Source: a virus
Taxonomy: Duplodnaviria; Heunggongvirae; Uroviricota; Caudoviricetes
DNA length: 64,000 bases
IMG/VR virus record: IMGVR_UViG_3300022555_000015
Direction: 5' to 3' (one strand)
The notes beneath the pieces were generated by a model that saw only the letters and a program-made list of their open reading frames with translations, did not search any database and was not told where the DNA came from. A program made the translations under genes and the position numbers. Positions 1 to 8,601 of this stretch are shown here, piece after piece (the stretch's first letter is position 1; each line of letters starts with the position of its first letter).

Positions 1-537
1 AAGGATGCAAACCCTCCATTCACCCAGGATCATCTTCGGTTCGGCTACCTGGATGAGAGTGTCCGGTGTTGGCCCACCCTTGACACCTACAGAGCTTCCC
101 AGACGGAGCTTCCATTCCTGGTACTCACGAACGGCACCTATGACACTCTTGGTGTCATGGATAGGCCGAACGAAGAAGAGTTCATCCCCTAGGGACTCCC
201 ATGTCAGGAAGTCCTCCATGGTCACCACACGGCTGTCATGGTTGAGTAGATTCTCTCCATAATGCTTGAAAAGTGCAGGGAACGAAGAAGCCTCCAGGTC
301 TTGGAACACCCCAGGTTTCCACTTCCCTTCGGCCTGAACCCTACGAATCATGGATGTAGACCCGTAGAAGATCACGGGCCCGTCCCAGGGTTGAACCTCC
401 AGGGTGATATCATCGAAGACAGGGATCAGTAGAATCTCCTGGAAGGTAGTGCCCTGTGCCTCCAGGAAGCGTTTGAGCTTGTCCTCAGAAGTTTCACTGG
501 TGAGGTTGGACTGTAGTACCCAGAGTACGGGTTTCAT
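1..537 (-). CDS. hypothetical protein, N-terminal 179 aa (gene runs off window start); weak ATP-grasp-like resemblance (DELFFVRPIHDTKSVIGAV)
   Basis: manual minus-strand translation from ATG (plus 535-537) is stop-free to position 1; MKPVLWVLQSNLTSETSEDKLKRFLEAQG...; absent from ORF track only because it leaves the window. Confidence 0.45.
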   Translation of the reverse strand, partial: MKPVLWVLQSNLTSETSEDKLKRFLEAQGTTFQEILLIPVFDDITLEVQPWDGPVIFYGSTSMIRRVQAEGKWKPGVFQDLEASSFPALFKHYGENLLNHDSRVVTMEDFLTWESLGDELFFVRPIHDTKSVIGAVREYQEWKLRLGSSVGVKGGPTPDTLIQVAEPKMILGEWRVCIL

Positions 538-545
538 GGAGACTC

Positions 546-875
546 CTAGGGGCTTTCCCGAAGAGCTTCCAGGAAAGCATGAATTTCATCGTGGGTAGTG
601 AACTCTAGCCTCAGAACGCAACGGTAGATCCTACTCCAGATAGTCTCGGTATGTTTGGAGTTCTCACCCTTGGCATTCATCTTTGTGTAGACGGTCTCTA
701 CCGGCCACACTTTCTTCGGCTCGATGAACTCACACCAGAAGGCACCCTTCCCCCAGGGATAGGGCTCCTGGACGACTTCCCCCAGTAAGCGTAGAACCTT
801 TGCCTCTCGGTCAGGACTAGCCTTGATAACCTCTAAGATGCCCAGAGGAATTGTGAGTTGATCCTTGGGGATCAC
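546..875 (-). CDS. hypothetical protein (109 aa)
   Basis: ORF track; 4-nt overlap with next gene start (872..1720). Confidence 0.5.
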   Translation of the reverse strand: MIPKDQLTIPLGILEVIKASPDREAKVLRLLGEVVQEPYPWGKGAFWCEFIEPKKVWPVETVYTKMNAKGENSKHTETIWSRIYRCVLRLEFTTHDEIHAFLEALRESP

Positions 876-1720
876 AACTTGATTCCTGAGTCATTATAGT
901 AGACCATCTCGACCTCTCGGAAGTCAAAGGCCCCTTCATCACTCAGGAGAACGTGCAGGATGGGGTGACGAAGCACATCTCCGATAGGGTAGTCCACACC
1001 ATCAATTACAACAGTTTCCCCGATCAGCCGAACACCATGGCTGTAATCCACGTAGGTGTTGGAGTGATCAGTGTAGTTGAGTCCCTGGATGGGCTTGGAA
1101 TACCAAAACTCAGGGAGTCTAGTAGCATCAGTCTTGCCCTTGATCCTGACGTGCCACCCATAGATCGCAACGTGTCCTGGGTGGTTCTTGAGCTTCGGGG
1201 TGAGGACGATGTCCTTCTTGTGACCCGCAATGATCTTGGTTCTGTCATTGCCTAGAGCCTGTAGCTGGGCCTCTACCATCTGGTTGTGTTCCCAGAAGGC
1301 TCTAGGGCTGGTCATGGAGAAGTGATTCGCCAGGAAATAGCTCTGCCGAATGGGTTTCGGGGGAAGCTTGATTCCGGCCCCCTGATAGATCAGGTCAACG
1401 ATCTTCTTGGTGGGGAGGTAGAAACCATGGTCCTGAGCTAGCTTCTGAGCCGTGGAAGGCCACATGGGGACTCGGAAGTAGTCAGTACCACTGCCGAAGC
1501 CCAGGTAATCTGGGGACACCTGTAGGGTGACCGTGTGGTCTTGGCCCTGTGCGTCCTTGCCATGGAAGGTTAGTTCCTTGGGTTGCATCCACTCGGGAAT
1601 GTTCTGGTAGTCTTCCGTGTCTAAGGCATCCAGGATCGCTGTTTCCCGGTCATGCCCAGATAGAAGTTTGATGGATTGGTAGAATTCGGCAGGATTCATG
1701 GTACTGACTCCAAGTACCAT
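872..1720 (-). CDS. hypothetical protein (282 aa)
   Basis: long minus ORF in operon-like packing. Confidence 0.55.
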   Translation of the reverse strand: MVLGVSTMNPAEFYQSIKLLSGHDRETAILDALDTEDYQNIPEWMQPKELTFHGKDAQGQDHTVTLQVSPDYLGFGSGTDYFRVPMWPSTAQKLAQDHGFYLPTKKIVDLIYQGAGIKLPPKPIRQSYFLANHFSMTSPRAFWEHNQMVEAQLQALGNDRTKIIAGHKKDIVLTPKLKNHPGHVAIYGWHVRIKGKTDATRLPEFWYSKPIQGLNYTDHSNTYVDYSHGVRLIGETVVIDGVDYPIGDVLRHPILHVLLSDEGAFDFREVEMVYYNDSGIKL

Positions 1721-1766
1721 TACTCTTGAAGGGCACTAGTCTTCGGGAGGTACCTAGTCTCTGGGG

Positions 1767-2417
1767 TCAGAAAGTATCATCCCATTCAGACTCATCCGGG
1801 TACCTCTTATCCAGTTCAGTATGTGGGGGCTGGAAGTGGAGCTTCACGTTGGGGTCAGGGAAGAACCTCAACCGTCTAACGATGTAAGCCAGTCGGTCTC
1901 TCTTGTCCTGCGGGATTTCAAGTTCATCCAGGAGCCAGCACCCTTCAAGCAGGAGCCTCTGGCTCTCCTCGTATTCTCGACGGGCACTTAGAAGGTCATA
2001 CCAGTACTTCATGCAGTTATTGGAGTGAATTCCACACCGATACCCGTCCTGGACTTGAGTCAGAGTCCCATAGAGGCACCCCATCTCTCCCATCTCTCCA
2101 TACTTACTATGGATGCAGACGGTTTCCCCTAGATCAATGGCAATCTGGTGTTCCGCTGCATACGGGGGATTGAGCATCTCCCCACGGGCAAGACAGGTTA
2201 CAATCCATGCAGCCCCGTCTTCATTGAGGATGTCCCAAACCTCATCCTCAAAGGCAATCTTGAAGCCGCTCACTTCCCACATCACCCTTACAACCCTGTT
2301 GGTATCAGGGTAGGTAACGGATATGAGGTTGTCCAGGGTTTGAACCTGGATGGCAGGGTCCAGGTTCGTGAGCTTTTTGGCCCAGCCCTGAACCATGCAG
2401 GAGTTGATGGGGTACAT
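1767..2417 (-). CDS. hypothetical protein (216 aa)
   Basis: ORF 1767..2591 trimmed to internal ATG at 2415-2417 (MYPINSCMVQGW..), 1 nt after the pilin stop; longer start would overlap pilin gene by 170 nt. Confidence 0.5.
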   Translation of the reverse strand: MYPINSCMVQGWAKKLTNLDPAIQVQTLDNLISVTYPDTNRVVRVMWEVSGFKIAFEDEVWDILNEDGAAWIVTCLARGEMLNPPYAAEHQIAIDLGETVCIHSKYGEMGEMGCLYGTLTQVQDGYRCGIHSNNCMKYWYDLLSARREYEESQRLLLEGCWLLDELEIPQDKRDRLAYIVRRLRFFPDPNVKLHFQPPHTELDKRYPDESEWDDTF

Positions 2418-2418
2418 G

Positions 2419-2802
2419 TTACTCCTGGTTGCGGTAACGCACCTGGGGGCTGGGGGTCTGGCATCCATGGTTTCGGTCCATGTACACCCATGCCGAGCAC
2501 TCGATGGCATCGGGAGAGACTTCACGGACGGTTCCGCTTGGAAGAGTCTCACTAGCTCCAATGGTACATCTGACGTACCCGTTCTGGTCACTGTCCACTC
2601 CCTGACAGAGAACTCGCACGTTGGTCCAGGTGGGGTGCATCGTCTGGACGTATTCTCGTGCCTGAGTTACGGCATGTTGCCGAACGGTATCCGAAGTGTT
2701 ACATCCCTTGACGAAACCACCCAGGACAACCGACGCAAGGATGCCGATGATCACAACCACGATCATCAACTCAACCAGAGTGAAACCATTCTGACGCTTC
2801 AT
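2419..2802 (-). CDS. type IV pilin / pseudopilin-like protein (prepilin-type N-terminal cleavage-methylation domain)
   Basis: N-terminus MKRQNG-FTLVELMIVVVIIGILASVVL is the canonical prepilin peptidase site (G|FTLxE + hydrophobic helix); promoter-like motif 2862-2877 upstream. Confidence 0.7.
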   Translation of the reverse strand: MKRQNGFTLVELMIVVVIIGILASVVLGGFVKGCNTSDTVRQHAVTQAREYVQTMHPTWTNVRVLCQGVDSDQNGYVRCTIGASETLPSGTVREVSPDAIECSAWVYMDRNHGCQTPSPQVRYRNQE

Positions 2803-2861
2803 AGATGTTCCTTTGTTTGGGGGCGTTGCCCCTCTTTGCTTCCCTTACCCTAGAGGACGGG

Positions 2862-2877
2862 AATCTTAACTTCAAAA
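2862..2877 (-). promoter_or_regulatory. conserved upstream motif, candidate promoter (serves pilin-like gene)
   Basis: AATCTTAACTTCAAAA on plus strand. Confidence 0.4.
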
Positions 2878-3123
2878 ATTGGTTGCTTCCCCGATTACCC
2901 TGACCATTTCGAACAGGTCCATGATGGGTTTCCCATCCTTGGAGACGTGGATGCACTCTCCCTGGTCCTTCCCCGGAACCAAGATGAGGGTGTAGGTTCT
3001 GCCAGTGCCACTCTCTGCCTGAAGCATCCGGTTGAGGGCCCTGAGTTTCTCGTTGACTTCAGGGCTATGCGTGGGGTTCTCACACCAATCAGTCATGGGG
3101 ACAACCTCTCCTGGAGAGTCCAT
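2872..3123 (-). CDS. hypothetical protein (83 aa), paralog of 3143..3406
   Basis: shared block LILVPGKDQGECIHVSKDGKPI vs LILVPPVDSQECIHVSVGGKPL. Confidence 0.5.
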   Translation of the reverse strand: MDSPGEVVPMTDWCENPTHSPEVNEKLRALNRMLQAESGTGRTYTLILVPGKDQGECIHVSKDGKPIMDLFEMVRVIGEATNF

Positions 3124-3142
3124 AGAATTTCATGTGTCTTGC

Positions 3143-3406
3143 TTATCGGTGAAGTACTTCGTTCACATAGTCCTTGATGGACAGGATGATACCGTACAGG
3201 GTGCCGTGCATGACGTTGAGGGGTTTGCCCCCTACGGAGACGTGAATGCACTCCTGGGAATCCACGGGTGGAACCAAGATCAGGACAAACTCATGGTGCC
3301 TGTCCCGCTCTTCTGCTACCAGTAGGTCATTCAGGTGAAGTAGCGCATGGTTGATCTCATCCGAGAACGTGGGGGAGTTGGTTTGGTTGATCTCGATTTT
3401 CAGCAT
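3143..3406 (-). CDS. hypothetical protein (87 aa), paralog of 2872..3123
   Basis: ORF 3143..3493 trimmed to Met MLKIEINQ.. at 3406 to avoid 85-nt overlap with ligase gene; paralog similarity. Confidence 0.45.
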   Translation of the reverse strand: MLKIEINQTNSPTFSDEINHALLHLNDLLVAEERDRHHEFVLILVPPVDSQECIHVSVGGKPLNVMHGTLYGIILSIKDYVNEVLHR

Positions 3407-3407
3407 T

Positions 3408-4646
3408 TTAGTGACCGTCCTTCTCACCGGCACGGCAGAGGTACTCATCACTGACGTACTTGAGGATCTTTCGGTAGGTGGAGCCGTCATCATCCACCAC
3501 TCGGGCTTCGGGCTCGGAGGTCACAACCACACCCTCTCGGACGTGGGTACCCCCAGGAACCGTAGTCTTGCCGTCTCGAAGTCCCATGACTACCTGGGCA
3601 TTGAAGGGGCCCCGGTAGAGCACAGGGACCGTTTCCACACCGAAGAGTTCTGCAATCTTCTGGATGACATCCCACGGTTGGAAAACGTGGTCAATCTCCA
3701 CGTCGAAGATGCGAACCTTCCGTTCACCATTGGCACACCCGTAGGTCAAGTCCTGGACCTTGGACCCGTAGATTTCACCATGAATGATGAAGTGCTCAGT
3801 GAAGGGCCACTTCCCGTTGTCATTCTGGAAGACCTCTCGGACCTTGGCCTCCGGGAAGTACTTCTGGCCCATCAAAGCGTACAAGGTAGTCCCATCCGGC
3901 TTCTTGGCCGTAGTGTGGGAGCCTACGATGTACTCCGGGGTGTCCTTGCCATCGAAGACCATGCCCACCCTGAAATTTGTCCCATGGATCTTCTCGGTGA
4001 GACGAATTGCCTCACCCTCCGTGAACCAAGACGGATGGTTCTTGGAGTTTTCGATGTCCGTGTAGTGGACGAAGCTTCCAGGAGACCTGACCATCTCACC
4101 CCTCATGTCCACGGGGACAGGGGGCTCATACCGCTCGATGTGCAGAGCATGGCAGATGAGAAGGCTCTCCAGGTCCACCTTGGTTTCGGCCAGGAGGATC
4201 TCCTGGGCAAATGGGTTATCCTTGTAGACTTCGGCCAGAACCGTCTTGGCATTCACTGAGGTATCTGCAAGGCAGTCCAGAAGACCCTTGGGGGCAGAGA
4301 TCACCAATCCCTGGCTGATCTGGCCCCGGAGCCGAACGGTCTTGACCCTGTGACCGGGCCTTCCGTCCGGGAACTTCTTGGTTGCCTTGAGGAATGCGAA
4401 CTCCGGGACCGCAGGGTCCAGGAGAGCGTCCAGGTGGATGTAGATGCCCTTGTAGACGGGAGGGTAGCCCTCTTCCAGAAGGTACTCCAGTTCCCCATCC
4501 ACTACAGACTGATGGGGAGAGCCCACCCAGTCGGAAGTACGCACCACACACTGCCAGCCCATGCCCTGAATTTTGGCAAGGCTCAGGGTGTCAGCGTTGG
4601 GGTGTTGGTCCAGGATGAACGTGACCTGTCGAGCAAGGATTTTCAT
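3408..4646 (-). CDS. ATP-dependent RNA ligase (Rnl2/Rnl5-like nucleotidyltransferase with N-terminal extension)
   Basis: covalent nucleotidyltransferase motifs EKIHGTNF (motif I, KxHGxN as in Rnl2/REL1 family), HGEIYG, REGVVVT (IV), ILKYV (V); start set to ATG 4644-4646 (MKILARQ..), 35 nt downstream of motif 4683-4698; ORF-track start 4808 lies upstream of that motif. Confidence 0.75.
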   Translation of the reverse strand: MKILARQVTFILDQHPNADTLSLAKIQGMGWQCVVRTSDWVGSPHQSVVDGELEYLLEEGYPPVYKGIYIHLDALLDPAVPEFAFLKATKKFPDGRPGHRVKTVRLRGQISQGLVISAPKGLLDCLADTSVNAKTVLAEVYKDNPFAQEILLAETKVDLESLLICHALHIERYEPPVPVDMRGEMVRSPGSFVHYTDIENSKNHPSWFTEGEAIRLTEKIHGTNFRVGMVFDGKDTPEYIVGSHTTAKKPDGTTLYALMGQKYFPEAKVREVFQNDNGKWPFTEHFIIHGEIYGSKVQDLTYGCANGERKVRIFDVEIDHVFQPWDVIQKIAELFGVETVPVLYRGPFNAQVVMGLRDGKTTVPGGTHVREGVVVTSEPEARVVDDDGSTYRKILKYVSDEYLCRAGEKDGH

Positions 4647-4682
4647 TTGGATTCTCCACCCTCTCTTACTCCGAGAGGGGAG

Positions 4683-4698
4683 AATCTTAACTGAAATC
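4683..4698 (-). promoter_or_regulatory. conserved upstream motif (gene orientation GATTTCAGTTAAGATT), candidate promoter
   Basis: AATCTTAACTGAAATC on plus strand; instance of ~20-copy motif. Confidence 0.45.
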
Positions 4699-4749
4699 TT
4701 CGATGTGGTGTGTAGTAGTTGTATGTGGGTAAGTTGTGTAGGGTGGGGT

Positions 4750-5175
4750 TTATTCCCCCTGTTCAATGATCCGCAAAGTCTTTCGTTCGATAGCACCCAG
4801 TTTGGCAAGTTTTGCCCAATCTACGTTATCCAGAGCATCCTGCATTTCTTCCATGATGCTCTCATTTTTCTTATATTCCTCTTGTACTTCTTCTTCTTCT
4901 CCAGTGAGGGAGAGGATCTGATCCTCTAGTTCAGTAATCTGCTCCTGGAGTTTTTCTTTCTTCTGATTGATGCCGCTGATCTTTGTTGAAAGCTCATCAT
5001 TCTCATTCTTGATATCTTGAATGCTACTTTCTGCTTCACTACTTGCGTCACTTGCTGCATCCTCAAAACTCTTGCCTTTGCTAGTTTTCAGGGTTGCAAG
5101 TAGAAGGATACGTTCCTTCGAACCCTTGGGGAGAGTAGATGCTAGACGGATGATCTTAGACCGTAGAATGTCCAT
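4750..5175 (-). CDS. coiled-coil acidic protein with N-terminal LRSKIIRLAS leader (leader-family member 1)
   Basis: ORF-track start at 5184 is GTG; ATG at 5173-5175 gives MDILRSKIIRLASTLPKG.. matching leader of 13558, 13931 and 61677 genes; strongly coiled-coil C-terminus (E/K/Q-rich). Confidence 0.5.
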   Translation of the reverse strand: MDILRSKIIRLASTLPKGSKERILLLATLKTSKGKSFEDAASDASSEAESSIQDIKNENDELSTKISGINQKKEKLQEQITELEDQILSLTGEEEEVQEEYKKNESIMEEMQDALDNVDWAKLAKLGAIERKTLRIIEQGE

Positions 5176-5217
5176 GTGCTTCACCTATTCCAGTGAAGCT
5201 ATAGACGATACAACGAA

Positions 5218-5634
5218 CTACTTGAAGGGGGCAACCTTCACTGACTTGCAAACCTTGAGTCTGCGGATAGCTCTCTTGACTGTAACGGTTTCCCGTTCAA
5301 GCTTTCTAAGCTGGGATGTGAGGTACCTCTGCATGTACTTCACGGCAGCTTCAGGAGTCGCTCGGAGATCCGAAAGCTTGCACCATGCGGAACCCAAGTC
5401 TGATTTGAAGACGAAGACCTTGAATGTGCCAATCTCATTGATGGTGCCAACAATCTCTCTTACAGTGATGGAGTTCCCACGAATACGGTAAACCACATAC
5501 TTCTTCAAGAGCTTGGTGACAGTGGTAGTCGGTAAAGACTTCCCACCGTCAATGAGTTTGAATGCCGTCTTATCTTCCTTATCCTGAATGTCCTTCACGA
5601 CCTTCAGGTGCCGTTCTTTGGGGGTATCTGTCAT
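5218..5634 (-). CDS. hypothetical protein (138 aa)
   Basis: ORF track, basic protein, operon packing. Confidence 0.5.
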   Translation of the reverse strand: MTDTPKERHLKVVKDIQDKEDKTAFKLIDGGKSLPTTTVTKLLKKYVVYRIRGNSITVREIVGTINEIGTFKVFVFKSDLGSAWCKLSDLRATPEAAVKYMQRYLTSQLRKLERETVTVKRAIRRLKVCKSVKVAPFK

Positions 5635-5828
5635 TTCACTCTCACAACAAAGTAGGGATCGAGACTATAAACCCTGGTGAGTTTCTTCCAGTCCCAACCC
5701 TCCTTGTTGACAATACAGCATTCATCTTCGTCACTATCAACTACGGTAATCTTGTGCTCCGTCACGGGTCCTGATTCGGTCTCAACCGTGTCAGTGTAGA
5801 TCAGCACCCTTGGGCTACGGTTCTCCAT
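5631..5828 (-). CDS. hypothetical protein (65 aa)
   Basis: ATGA overlaps both neighbours. Confidence 0.4.
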   Translation of the reverse strand: MENRSPRVLIYTDTVETESGPVTEHKITVVDSDEDECCIVNKEGWDWKKLTRVYSLDPYFVVRVK

Positions 5829-6043
5829 CAGCCTTCTCCAGAGATGCTTGTTTCAAACGTAAGGGTCAGGTGTGTAGCTCTCGACAACCGGGTGATGTCC
5901 TTGAGAAGCCACTTATGTTCCTTGAGGATCTTAGCTTCATCCTCATCCCCTAGAGCTAGGATAATCGTGAACTCGTTCCCATCACGAATCTCTCCCATGA
6001 GATTTCGTTTGTGGACTATAACCCTGGGCTCATTGGGCTTCAA
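5828..6043 (-). CDS. hypothetical protein (71 aa)
   Basis: ORF track. Confidence 0.45.
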   Translation of the reverse strand: MKPNEPRVIVHKRNLMGEIRDGNEFTIILALGDEDEAKILKEHKWLLKDITRLSRATHLTLTFETSISGEG

Positions 6044-6272
6044 CGATATGCCCCTTTGTGAAGTGAAACTCGTAAGAGATCACCCTACCCAGGTTGCTTG
6101 GGATGGGGGGTCCAAGCCATACCTCAGTACCATCTGGAAATGTACCCATGAGCTTGTCCCAGGTACCCCCTCTGAGAGGGGACCCATGACTTACTAGGGT
6201 GCCTTCTTCCAGATGCCGACGAAGGTGGTAGAGGGAACCTACCAGCCAATCAGACATTCTTCCGGTATTCAT
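6030..6272 (-). CDS. hypothetical protein (80 aa)
   Basis: ATG 6270-6272 preceded by GAGG RBS that directly abuts the 3' end of the intron-containing tRNA. Confidence 0.45.
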   Translation of the reverse strand: MNTGRMSDWLVGSLYHLRRHLEEGTLVSHGSPLRGGTWDKLMGTFPDGTEVWLGPPIPSNLGRVISYEFHFTKGHIVEAQ

Positions 6273-6282
6273 ATTCCTCTAG

Positions 6283-6564
6283 TAGGCCCTCCGGGACTTG
6301 AACCCGGAACCTTTCGATTATCGTCCCACTCCTTGTTTCCAAGGCCGGTTTCCCGTTGTGGGCTGGACTATATCTTCACCATCTCAGGTGTACTGGTATC
6401 TAGTCTCTACGGTGCCCCACCTTTCGGCAGGTTCCCTCGGTGTTGTCTTCGGCATGACCCGTTCAGGTTTTCACCGATATCCCAGTATCCACTCACAAAG
6501 TTCCTATTCCCTTGTGAGGCTCTAATGAAAAAGTCGAAGGCTCTGACCATTGAGCTAAGGGCCT
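6283..6564 (-). tRNA. tRNA gene interrupted by a ~209-nt group I intron in the anticodon loop (exon1 6531-6564, intron 6322-6530, exon2 6283-6321); anticodon probably UAU (Ile) if splice is U34|A35 after omega-G, UUU (Lys) not excluded
   Basis: exons give AGGCCCT-TA-GCTC-AATGGTCA-GAGC-C-TTCGA-CTT / ATAA-TCGAA-AGGTT-CCGGG-TTCAAGT-CCCGG-AGGGCCT-A with perfect acceptor, D, anticodon and T stems; intervening sequence carries group I R-like GTAGAGACTAGATACC and the canonical S element AAGATATAGTCC (P7 GACTA/TAGTC). Confidence 0.7.
6322..6530 (-). ncRNA. group I (IC3-like) self-splicing intron within tRNA
   Basis: AAGATATAGTCC S element and GACTA/TAGTC P7 pairing; inserted after wobble U34 like bacterial tRNA-Leu(UAA) introns. 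Confidence 0.6.
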
Positions 6565-6577
6565 AAACAGTAACCAC

Positions 6578-6826
6578 CTACTCTACAGTGAATTTCATCA
6601 CTAGGGACTCAGGTATTCGACCTTGCTCTTTACACTTCTTTAGTTCCTGCCGAAAACCTTCATTGAGGGTGGCAGTCAACTGTTCTGCTAAAGAAACCAT
6701 GGTTCCCTTCTCAATGGCATCTCGCCATTCAGTAAGTAGAGCCTCGAATCTCCAGAAGGCATCCGGTCCATGATGCTTGGATCGAATCTCAAAGAGTTCC
6801 AATGTCATTTCCATAGGGGACTTCAT
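6578..6826 (-). CDS. hypothetical protein (82 aa) between the two tRNAs
   Basis: ORF 6578..7015 trimmed to ATG 6824-6826 (MKSPMEMTLELFEIRSKHHG..) with AAGGAA RBS; longer ORF would run through the tRNA-Val gene. Confidence 0.5.
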   Translation of the reverse strand: MKSPMEMTLELFEIRSKHHGPDAFWRFEALLTEWRDAIEKGTMVSLAEQLTATLNEGFRQELKKCKEQGRIPESLVMKFTVE

Positions 6827-6836
6827 GGTTCCTTCT

Positions 6837-6911
6837 TGGTGGGCCGTGCAAGATTTGAACTTGCGACCTCCTCCGTGTAAGAGAGGCAATCTGCCGCTGA
6901 TATAACGGCCC
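6837..6911 (-). tRNA. tRNA-Val (anticodon UAC), CCA encoded
   Basis: GGGCCGT..ACGGCCC acceptor, anticodon stem CCTCT/GGAGG with loop CTTACAC, T arm GCAAG-TTCAAAT-CTTGC, then ACCA; D stem only 3 bp. Confidence 0.6.
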
Positions 6912-6930
6912 ATGTATCTACTGAACTGAG

Positions 6931-7461
6931 CTAACCACCCATAGGTACAGGTTTCAATGATCCTCGGAGATACAAGGGATGTTTGGGTGTTCCTCCGGTA
7001 TTGAGTCCTAGACAACAGGTTTCTGTAAGAGGGGACACCAACCCTACCACGTACTTACCCCGTCCCGCAAGTTCTCCATGAGTCCCCCATGCGAAAACTG
7101 TTTTGCTGCATTCCTGGATGGTCTGAAGGATCATAGAGTCATTCATGGGGCCTACAACATCAACCCCACGTTGGGAAGCCTCAATCATGTTCTTCGGATC
7201 TGTAGCCCTGTAGGCGAACAGATTGACGACCTTGATTCCGCCGAAACCCCAGGAACGAGCATAGGCCATGCACTTCTCGATGGTAGGGTCATCCTCAAAA
7301 GCATCGGCTGTACTGGGATTCAGCATCACCCAGCATAGCAAGGGAAGGTTCTTATCCCAGATCCTCCAGAGACGGTATCTGTAGCAATCCACAATTTCGG
7401 CACCGGCATCCCAGCCATCTGTCATGCCGAGAAGGTCCAGTACGGTTGAATTTTCGGTCAT
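6931..7461 (-). CDS. DUF1643-family protein
   Basis: CWVMLNPSTADAFEDDPTIEKC ... VNLFAYRATDP matches DUF1643 signature (MLNPS..AD...DPT, NLFA.R). Confidence 0.6.
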   Translation of the reverse strand: MTENSTVLDLLGMTDGWDAGAEIVDCYRYRLWRIWDKNLPLLCWVMLNPSTADAFEDDPTIEKCMAYARSWGFGGIKVVNLFAYRATDPKNMIEASQRGVDVVGPMNDSMILQTIQECSKTVFAWGTHGELAGRGKYVVGLVSPLTETCCLGLNTGGTPKHPLYLRGSLKPVPMGG

Positions 7462-7597
7462 CGTTCAATCAACATTACTCTATGCCCTCACTATTCAACG
7501 TCAGGTCCGGGGGTAGTGTGGGACATTATATTACACTGTGGTTAGAATTCTTGTGCGTGTCTTCCTTGGGTAGAGTAACTAGCGAAGAGGTAGTTCC

Positions 7598-7924
7598 ATG
7601 AGCAAGTCTGTTCGATACACTCTCAGAGGCAAGTTCGGCGGTCAGTGGGTAGTCCTGGATCGCAACGGCACGAACCATCCCTACAGCACTCGGGACTTGG
7701 CCCGGCTGGCTGTTCACGAGGGCAACCTGGGCAGGCCCCTGCCCAAGAACGATCCGAAGCTGACTTCCAAGGTGGTCAAGGTGGGTGCTTCCAAGAAGAG
7801 TGCCCCCAAGGCCCAGTCTCCCCTTCAGGCACTCGTTCAGAGGTTCACGTCTGACCTCATGAGCGTGCTGTCCAATCATGTGGACAATGTCTGCAAGGAG
7901 ATGACTCTCTCCAAGGCATCCTGA
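7598..7924 (+). CDS. hypothetical basic protein (108 aa)
   Basis: plus ORF with AGAGGTAG RBS 7 nt upstream; antisense ORF 7526..7966 is low-complexity. Confidence 0.5.
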   Translation: MSKSVRYTLRGKFGGQWVVLDRNGTNHPYSTRDLARLAVHEGNLGRPLPKNDPKLTSKVVKVGASKKSAPKAQSPLQALVQRFTSDLMSVLSNHVDNVCKEMTLSKAS

Positions 7925-8028
7925 TTCTTCGTCTGTCGGTTCACACTTCCTTTCTCCTCTTAACAAGAGGAGCCCCCCGGACCCCCCAACACGGAGCCCT
8001 AGGGCTCTTCTATGCTAGGAGGTAGAAA

Positions 8029-8601
8029 GTGATTCTTAGTGATTCCGCAATACTCGCTGCTAGGTCTGCAAGCCAGATTGTCATTACACCGTTTGACGAG
8101 AAGTGTCTCGGGTCAAACAGTTATGACGTTCATCTCAGTGAACACCTAGCCATCTACAACTCGAATGCCGACCCGGAGCTCTGGGGTGAGGGGATCATTG
8201 ATCCCAAGGTTCCACCAGAGATTCGGAGGTTCAAGATTCCAGCTAGTGGTATGGTCCTTCGGCCTGGGACCTTGTACCTTGGGTCCACGGTGGAATACAC
8301 CGAGACTCATGGGTACATCCCTAACCTGAATGGTAAATCCAGTACAGGTAGGCTCGGCATCTTCATCCATGTAACGGCTGGACAGGGTGACGTTGGTTTC
8401 TGTGGGTACTGGACCCTGGAGATCATCGTGGCTCACTCCATCATTCTGTACCCTGGAATGGTAATCGGGCAGCTTTCCTACAGTGATGTCAAGGGAGTAG
8501 TCCTTGTACCGTATGGCAACAAGGCCAATGCGAAGTACCGTCAACAGGAAGCTTTGCCCCAGCCATCACAGATGTGGAAGAACTTCGGGGTGCAAAAATG
8601 A
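8029..8601 (+). CDS. dcd: dCTP deaminase / dUTPase-superfamily protein
   Basis: LGSNSYDVHL, GKSSTGRLGIFIHVTAGQGDVGFCGYWTLEI match the Dcd trimeric dUTPase-fold motifs. Confidence 0.75.
   Translation: MILSDSAILAARSASQIVITPFDEKCLGSNSYDVHLSEHLAIYNSNADPELWGEGIIDPKVPPEIRRFKIPASGMVLRPGTLYLGSTVEYTETHGYIPNLNGKSSTGRLGIFIHVTAGQGDVGFCGYWTLEIIVAHSIILYPGMVIGQLSYSDVKGVVLVPYGNKANAKYRQQEALPQPSQMWKNFGVQK

Noticed and set aside
3351-4259. 302-aa plus-strand ORF
   Set aside because: It lies antisense to the RNA ligase gene, whose nucleotidyltransferase motifs are in the minus frame. The ORF is a shadow frame in GC-rich coding sequence.
7526-7966. 146-aa minus ORF overlapping plus gene 7598-7924
   Set aside because: Its translation is low-complexity (LGLGGTLLGS...). 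The plus frame has a good RBS and protein-like composition. The choice is not certain.
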